A DNA stretch of 24,000 nt from Candidatus Caldarchaeum sp. (lineage in GTDB: Archaea; Thermoproteota; Nitrososphaeria_A; Caldarchaeales; Caldarchaeaceae): contig JAWBKB010000013.1 of NCBI GenBank assembly GCA_038831915.1, positions 1-24,000 of the forward strand. Direction: 5' to 3'. Of this stretch, positions 18,720 through 24,000 are shown one piece after another. The translations under genes and the position numbers were made by a program. Position 1 is the first letter of the stretch. Each line of letters starts with the position of its first letter. Under the pieces are notes generated by a model. That model saw nothing but the letters and a program-made list of their open reading frames with translations. It made no database searches and was not told where the DNA came from.

Positions 18720-18828
18720 CCTGTCGGATGCGTCAGAGAATGTGGAATCGCAAGAGCTTCTGCAAACTGAGCAACCGGAATAAATATAAAATCGAGATTA
18801 GACCATTAAGGGCTGAGGTTGTGTCGAT

Positions 18829-19974
18829 TTGTTATTGATGATTCCCGGTCCGACTGAAATTGATGAACGTGTTATCCGTGCTATGGCTCGTCAAATGATT
18901 GACCACCGTTCAGAAGAATTTCGCTACCTTATGAAAAGCGTTGTTGAGAAGCTGAAAAAAATCTTAGAAACAAACAACGACGTTTTTGTCTTGACTTCGT
19001 CGGGGACCGGTGGGGTTGAAGCTGCCGCGGCCAATCTAACGATGCCCGGAGATCAAGTCTTGATTTTGTCCGCCGGGCTTTTCGCGGAAAGGATGGCGGA
19101 AGCTTTCGCGGCGTATGGAGCAAACGTGATAAAATACACGCTGGACAACGGACGCGGCCCAAACCCCGAAGACGTGAAAAAAGCTCTCGAACACCATCCC
19201 GACGCCGCAATAGTCGGTTTTCCGTACAACGAAACTTCCACGGGAATTGTATCAAAGGACGTTAAGGAAATCGGGAAAATTTGCCGTGAACACGGTGCTT
19301 TGTTGGTGACGGACGCAGTGACGGCAGTCGGAGGAGTGAGAGTGGCCGTCGACGAATATAACATAGACTTCTGCATCACCGGTACTCAAAAATGTCTGGC
19401 TACACCGCCGGGCCTCGCGGTCGTGTCGGTTTCCAAACGAGCTTGGGAAAAGATTGAAAAGAAGAAGTTGAGGCCGCCGTATTTCGACCTCGTCAAATAC
19501 CGCCACTTCATGGAAAGGTGGGAAACACCGTTCACGCCTGCCATTACTCTGTTCTGGGCTTTCGACGAAGCGACGAACATAATCTTTGAATATGGTTATG
19601 ACCGGTGGCTTGCAAGACACACTGCTGGAGCCGCGGGTCTTTACGCAGGACTTCGCACCTATGGGCTTGAGTTTTACGCGGGCCGAGGTTACGAATCACC
19701 CATCGTGGCTGCGATGCATATACCACCAGGTTTAACTGACTCAGCCATCCGAGAAACCATGAAGAAAAAATTCGGCATACTGATAGCTGGTGGTCTCGCG
19801 CATTACAAGGGAAAAATGTTCAGAATCGCCAACATCGGATTGATAAGCCGCGACAAAATCGCATCAACCATTTTCGCTTTAGGCAAAACTCTGAAATCCC
19901 TTGGACTCGAGGTCAACCCCATGGAAGCCGTGGAAAACGCAGAACGCGAAATGGACAGACTATGGCCGAGCTAG
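18829..19974 (+). CDS. Class V aminotransferase, serine/alanine--glyoxylate (pyruvate) type (TTG 18829 or ATG 18838 start)
   Basis: MIPGPTEIDERVIRAMARQMIDHRSEEF, LVTDAVTAVGGVRVAVDEYNIDFCITGTQKCLATPPGLAVVSVS (PLP lysine region). Confidence 0.93.
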   Translation: MLLMIPGPTEIDERVIRAMARQMIDHRSEEFRYLMKSVVEKLKKILETNNDVFVLTSSGTGGVEAAAANLTMPGDQVLILSAGLFAERMAEAFAAYGANVIKYTLDNGRGPNPEDVKKALEHHPDAAIVGFPYNETSTGIVSKDVKEIGKICREHGALLVTDAVTAVGGVRVAVDEYNIDFCITGTQKCLATPPGLAVVSVSKRAWEKIEKKKLRPPYFDLVKYRHFMERWETPFTPAITLFWAFDEATNIIFEYGYDRWLARHTAGAAGLYAGLRTYGLEFYAGRGYESPIVAAMHIPPGLTDSAIRETMKKKFGILIAGGLAHYKGKMFRIANIGLISRDKIASTIFALGKTLKSLGLEVNPMEAVENAEREMDRLWPS

Positions 19975-19975
19975 A

Positions 19976-20413
19976 ATGTATTTCGAAGAATTAACCGTCG
20001 GCCAGGAATTCGAAACTCGTTCGAGACTGGTAACGAGCTCGGACATCGATTTATTCTCGGCCCTCACATGGGCTGCTAACCCGCTTTTTCTAAGCGACAC
20101 AGCGGCTAAAACAAAAGGGTTTCAGACAAGGATTGCACCTGGAGCTCTTGTTCTTTCGTACACCATCGGCCTTCTCTATCAAACCGGTTTATTCGACCAT
20201 ATCACGGCGCTCGCGGCGATAGACAAGCTGAACTTTAGGTCTTCAACCAGTCCCGGTGACGTCATAAAGGCAAAAGCCAGAGTGATCGAAAAGAAGGAAA
20301 CCTCAAGTAATGACAGAGGTCTCGTCAAGCTGGCTGTGGAATGTTTTAACGAAACACGGCAGACAACTGCTTTCACCGCGGAAATGCTTTTCGTAATGCA
20401 GCTTAAAATTTAA
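19976..20413 (+). CDS. MaoC/(R)-hydratase-like hot-dog protein; longer 19901 start rejected
   Basis: ARMYFEELTVGQEFETRSRLVTSSDIDLFSALTWAANPLF...GFQTRIAPGALVLSYTIGL; ATG at 19976 begins 1 nt after the preceding stop. Confidence 0.88.
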   Translation: MYFEELTVGQEFETRSRLVTSSDIDLFSALTWAANPLFLSDTAAKTKGFQTRIAPGALVLSYTIGLLYQTGLFDHITALAAIDKLNFRSSTSPGDVIKAKARVIEKKETSSNDRGLVKLAVECFNETRQTTAFTAEMLFVMQLKI

Positions 20414-20437
20414 ACAAATTCGCTTCTTTTTGACACC

Positions 20438-21157
20438 ATGGACCACGGGTTGACGAAGCTTCTCTACCTTGACGACTCGTATCTCCGAAAGTTTTCCGGC
20501 AAAGTCGTTAAAGCGGCTGAAAACTGGGTTGTTCTGGACCAGACGGCTTTTCATCCTCGCGGCGGAGGATTAGTGTCTGATGTGGGAAAGGTGAGGTGGG
20601 AGGGCTTCGAATCCGCTGTGGTTGAAGTGGTTTTCGGCGAGGACGGCGTGGTTCACAAAGTTGATGGGATGAGGCCCGATGAAGGAGCTGTGGTTGAAGG
20701 TGAAGTTGACTGGGAAAAGAGATACAGAATCATGCGAATGCACACAGGACTGCATGTGTTGGCGGCGACCATGGTTGAGAAGACCGGCGCACTCATCACT
20801 GGAAACAACGTATCCTACGATTCAGGTCGAGTCGATTTCAGCCTCGAAACGTTTGACAGAGAGTTGATGGAGGAAGTGGTGGCGGAGACCAACCGTCGAC
20901 TTGCACAGAGCCGTGAAGTAAAAACATACTACATGGAAAGGGAGCAGGTTCTGAATACTCCTGGAATGGTTAAACTTGCAGGAAGACTTCCCCCTAACAT
21001 CCCGATTCTCCGCATCGTCGAGATAACAGGTCTCGACATTCAGGCTGACGGAGGCCCACATGTCAAAAACACATCTGAAGTCGGCTCGATGATAATCACG
21101 AAACTCGAAAACAAGGGGAAGACAAACCGCCGCATGTATTTCACCGTCATCCCTTAA
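20438..21157 (+). CDS. alaX: AlaX-type trans-acting alanyl-tRNA editing hydrolase
   Basis: FHPRGGGLVSD, RMHTGLHVLAA and GGPHVKNTSEVG motifs of the AlaRS editing domain; about 240 aa (AlaX-M size). Confidence 0.9.
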   Translation: MDHGLTKLLYLDDSYLRKFSGKVVKAAENWVVLDQTAFHPRGGGLVSDVGKVRWEGFESAVVEVVFGEDGVVHKVDGMRPDEGAVVEGEVDWEKRYRIMRMHTGLHVLAATMVEKTGALITGNNVSYDSGRVDFSLETFDRELMEEVVAETNRRLAQSREVKTYYMEREQVLNTPGMVKLAGRLPPNIPILRIVEITGLDIQADGGPHVKNTSEVGSMIITKLENKGKTNRRMYFTVIP

Positions 21158-21183
21158 ATAATCCAGAAAAACAGTCTAATTTG

Positions 21184-21247
21184 ATGATGAGACTGACCTG
21201 TTCAGAGAGCATCGAAAGCTCTGTGACGAACATACACCTCTCTGAAC
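21184..21247 (+). other. Structured intergenic element; weak C/D-box sRNA candidate
   Basis: ATGATGA (C-like) 21184-21190, GTGACGA (C'-like) 21223-21229, 12-nt spacer, CTGA (D-like) 21242-21245; perfect 10-bp inverted repeat GTTCAGAGAG (21200-21209)/CTCTCTGAAC (21238-21247). Confidence 0.3.
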
Positions 21248-21253
21248 CAACAA

Positions 21254-21260
21254 GTTTATA
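21254..21260 (+). promoter_or_regulatory. TATA box for the PNPOx-like gene
   Basis: GTTTATA about 26 nt upstream of ATG 21283. Confidence 0.55.
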
Positions 21261-21282
21261 GAAGGTTCAACTTATTACAGAC

Positions 21283-21675
21283 ATGGCGAAATTATCGGAT
21301 GCCGAATTAAAGTTCGTGCAGTCCAACGAGCTTTGTCGACTGGCGACATCTGACGAACACAACCAGCCGCATGTAGTTCCCGTCGCCTACATTTTCACCG
21401 ACAACAAGTTCTACATCGCGACTGATTATGGAACCAAGAAACTCGCAAACATCAAGAAAAACAACAAAGTTTCACTAGTTATAGACAAATACAAGCCAAA
21501 CAAAGCCGTGCTTGTTTTAGGCAAAGCTTCGATTCTGGAAAAAGGCGAAGAATACCGGAAAATTTATCAAAAATTTTACGAAAAATTCACTTGGGTAAGA
21601 AAAAACCCGTGGAACGAGGGAGAAGCACCTTTCATAGTGGTTGAGCCGGTGAAAGTGGTTTCTTGGGGACTGTAA
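21283..21675 (+). CDS. Pyridoxamine 5'-phosphate oxidase-fold, flavin or F420-binding-like protein
   Basis: LCRLATSDEHNQPHVVPVAYIFTDNKFYIATDYGTKKLANIKKNNKVSLVID. Confidence 0.88.
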   Translation: MAKLSDAELKFVQSNELCRLATSDEHNQPHVVPVAYIFTDNKFYIATDYGTKKLANIKKNNKVSLVIDKYKPNKAVLVLGKASILEKGEEYRKIYQKFYEKFTWVRKNPWNEGEAPFIVVEPVKVVSWGL

Positions 21676-21722
21676 AATCAAACGGTTAAAAATCAGCGCT
21701 ACACGCGAAGAGATGCATAGAG

Positions 21723-21938
21723 TTGATTTCGCCCGGCAAATGGTCTGACGAGCAGCGAATCGAAGTTCTGCGGTCAAGTATCGGAAACGTCATGATAAAC
21801 CTCAAAATTATAGCAAATTCCCAGTTAGCGAATCAGCTCGGCTTGCTAAATGACGATGAGAAACAGATTTTGCTAAAAGCGGCAGAAATAGCATTGAACA
21901 TGATGAAAAGAGGCAAGGAAAAAGGGTTATTCAAATGA
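21723..21938 (+). CDS. Small hypothetical helical protein
   Basis: 71 aa in-frame ORF with plausible composition in an otherwise empty gap; same strand as flanking genes. Confidence 0.5.
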   Translation: MISPGKWSDEQRIEVLRSSIGNVMINLKIIANSQLANQLGLLNDDEKQILLKAAEIALNMMKRGKEKGLFK

Positions 21939-21986
21939 CTTTTGTCAAGGGAAAGTTAATTTTGGCCAAAACCACTTCCAAATAAC

Positions 21987-23378
21987 ATGTCGCGATATCT
22001 CATTCAAGGAGGGTTTGTGGTTCCCGTCGATGGAAGCAGAAGAATTATCCGCGACGGATGTGTGCTCGTTGATGGTGACCGAATCGAGGCAATTGGGCCG
22101 AAACAGGAGGTGATGAAGCTTGCAGCGAGGGCGGAAGTCGTCGATGCAAAAAACTGCCTCATCATTCCGGGGCTCATTGACACCCACGTCCATCTTGCCC
22201 AAGCTCTTCTGCGTGGGGTCGTGCCAGACAACCTCACTCTGATTCCCTGGCTGCGTGACTGGGTTTGGCGCTTTCTCGGCGTATACGACAAAGGGGACGG
22301 CAAAGCAAGCGCAGCACTCTGCATACTTGAAATGCTGAAAACCGGTACGACAGGTTTCATAGAGATACACATACACACTCGCTATGGCTTTGATGGCATA
22401 GCTGAGCTGGTTGAAAAATCAGGAATCAGAGGAGTTTTGTCAAAAACAATCATGGATATGAAAGGATATGCATCGGAGGAGAACATCATGCCAGCATCTA
22501 TGATAGAAGATGGCGAAGCGTGTATCAGGGAATTCAAGGAAATGCATAGAAGATGGAACGGCCGAGGCGACGGCAGGATCGATGTCTGGCTTGGTCTCCG
22601 AAGCGCGGGGGCTGTATCGGACAAGCTTTACCACGAAGCCGCAGCGCTCGCAGAAGAATACGACACAGGTATCACCAATCATCTCGCAGAAGTGCGCGAA
22701 GACTTGGAATTTTACCGTAAGGCGTATGGAACCAGCCCGTCCGGGTTTCTGGAAAAATTCAACATGCTCGGCGAAAGACGTGTCTACGCGCACTGCGTCT
22801 GGCTGAACGAGGAGGATATGAGAAAGTTCGCGGCAACGGGCACAACCGTCGCTCACTGCCCTTCTTCGAATATGAAGCTCGGATCGGGTATAGCCCCTGT
22901 ATCCGACATGCTAAGGCTGGGGGTCAACGTGGGGCTTGGATGCGACGGTGGACCAAGCAACGACAGCTACGATATGATACGAGAGATGAAGATGGCATCA
23001 TGTTTACAGAAAGTTCGGACATTAGACCCAACATCTATTTCGGCATGGGATGTTTTGACGATGGCAACGCGGAACGGCGCCCGTGCTATGGGAAAACTTA
23101 ACGACCTCGGCAGTTTAGAACCCGGCAAAAAAGCAGACATCGTAATTGTCAGTCTCAAAAGGCCCTCTGTAACACCGATCTCCAACCCTGTTTCGCTTCT
23201 GGTCTACGCAGCTTCTGGAGAAGACGTAAGAGACGTTATGATAGACGGCAAATTCGTCGTACGAGACAAACAAGTTCTCACTCTAAACGAAGAAGAAGTA
23301 ATCAGAAACGCGAACAAACATTTGGAAAGAATAATTTCAAAAGTCGACCCGAGCATAGACCTGCTCAAAACGATGTAG
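21987..23378 (+). CDS. Amidohydrolase superfamily, 5'-methylthioadenosine/S-adenosylhomocysteine deaminase or chlorohydrolase-like
   Basis: GLIDTHVHLAQALLRG, LKTGTTGF, TNHLAEVREDLEFY, YAHCVWL, VAHCPSSNMKLGSGIAPV, VGLGCDGGPSND. Confidence 0.9.
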   Translation: MSRYLIQGGFVVPVDGSRRIIRDGCVLVDGDRIEAIGPKQEVMKLAARAEVVDAKNCLIIPGLIDTHVHLAQALLRGVVPDNLTLIPWLRDWVWRFLGVYDKGDGKASAALCILEMLKTGTTGFIEIHIHTRYGFDGIAELVEKSGIRGVLSKTIMDMKGYASEENIMPASMIEDGEACIREFKEMHRRWNGRGDGRIDVWLGLRSAGAVSDKLYHEAAALAEEYDTGITNHLAEVREDLEFYRKAYGTSPSGFLEKFNMLGERRVYAHCVWLNEEDMRKFAATGTTVAHCPSSNMKLGSGIAPVSDMLRLGVNVGLGCDGGPSNDSYDMIREMKMASCLQKVRTLDPTSISAWDVLTMATRNGARAMGKLNDLGSLEPGKKADIVIVSLKRPSVTPISNPVSLLVYAASGEDVRDVMIDGKFVVRDKQVLTLNEEEVIRNANKHLERIISKVDPSIDLLKTM

Positions 23379-24000
23379 GGCTGAAATGATGTAGAATGGG
23401 TAGCACTTCGCCGGTGACGGGGTAAAGCAAAGGCTCGGTCGCGCCGGCGTCTCTATATTCCTTTATCTTTTTCCTACATTCTTCGACGTCCCCTACTGCC
23501 ATGAGCTTCGCAGCCAATTTCTCATCGACTATTTCAACTGCCTTTCTGAGTTTCTCCTCAGTCGTGGGCCAACCACCGGTTACAGCCCTCACCTCCTCCG
23601 TAATTTTCTCGGGAACACCTGAGGCAATCGCAATGTGAGGCTACATGGCTAAATATTCAGTCACCATCAAGCGAGCCATGTAGAAAGCCTTTTCAGAATC
23701 AGCAGAATAGGATACGGCTAGTAGCTGTGGTCTATTAATTTCCGATAGTTTTCTTCCAGATTTTTTTGCGCCTTCTGAAATATGCTCGACTGCTTTTCTG
23801 TTGTATTCAGGGGAGACTAGATAATTTAGAAGAACGCCGTCAGCGATTTCTCCTGCAAGTTCACACATCTGAAACCCTGTTGCGCCAACATATACTGGGA
23901 CGTTTCGTGGAATGCGTTCCAGCCGTACCCCTCTAACTTTGACAAATTCGCCTTCAAACCAAACTTCCTCGCCTTTTAACAACTTTTTCAAAAACCACGA
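23365..24000 (-). pseudogene. LLM-class (F420/flavin-dependent, MER-like) oxidoreductase, 5' end beyond window, interrupted by one in-frame TAG at 23641-23643
   Basis: ORFs 23641..23991 (NVPVYVGATGFQMCELAGEIADGVLLNYLVSPEY) and 23365..23592 are in the same reading frame. Only TAG separates ...MVTEYLAM and PHIAIASGVPEKITEEVRAVTGGWP... Confidence 0.72.

Noticed and set aside
19901-19975. N-terminal extension of the MaoC-like ORF (MDSRSTPWKPWKTQNAKWTDYGRAR)
   Set aside because: Overlaps the aminotransferase 3' end in another frame; the natural start is ATG 19976 just after that stop.
22440-22856. 138-aa and 124-143-aa antisense ORFs opposite the amidohydrolase
   Set aside because: Opposite a confident enzyme gene; low-complexity Ser/Arg/Phe composition, no motifs.
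1-24000. CRISPR arrays, IS elements, toxin-antitoxin or defence islands
   Set aside because: No regularly spaced direct repeats, transposase/integrase motifs or known defence domains were seen on either strand.

Overview
This is a dense archaeal chromosomal segment with mostly ordinary housekeeping content. I infer a Thaumarchaeota/Aigarchaeota-like lineage, possibly Caldiarchaeum-related, from gene content and leaderless-style TATA spacing; I did not verify this by search. Recognisable genes are LysX-type ATP-grasp ligase, archaemetzincin, AK6/Fap7-type kinase, ABCE1/Rli1, double-AAA CDC48/VAT ATPase, ESCRT-III/CdvB-like protein, cytosolic BtuF-like protein, UppP, Dim2/Pno1-like KH protein, RIO1 kinase, intron-containing tRNA-Tyr(GTA), a small membrane protein, SCO1, B12-type ribonucleotide reductase, OsmC, secreted DUF192, SufB, xanthine-dehydrogenase-family large subunit, class V aminotransferase, MaoC-like protein, AlaX, a PNPOx-fold protein, amidohydrolase, and an LLM/MER-like oxidoreductase interrupted by one in-frame TAG. 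There is no CRISPR array, transposon or obvious defence island. The most interesting signals are: (1) the single in-frame TAG in the LLM-like gene; (2) CDC48 directly followed by an ESCRT-III gene; (3) a C/D-box-like, inverted-repeat-bearing gap between AlaX and the PNPOx gene; (4) reciprocal divergent promoters nested in each other's coding sequence; (5) the SCO1/CC-membrane protein/tRNA-Tyr/RIO1/Dim2 same-strand run; and (6) four small-subunit maturation or recycling factors in one 24 kb window.
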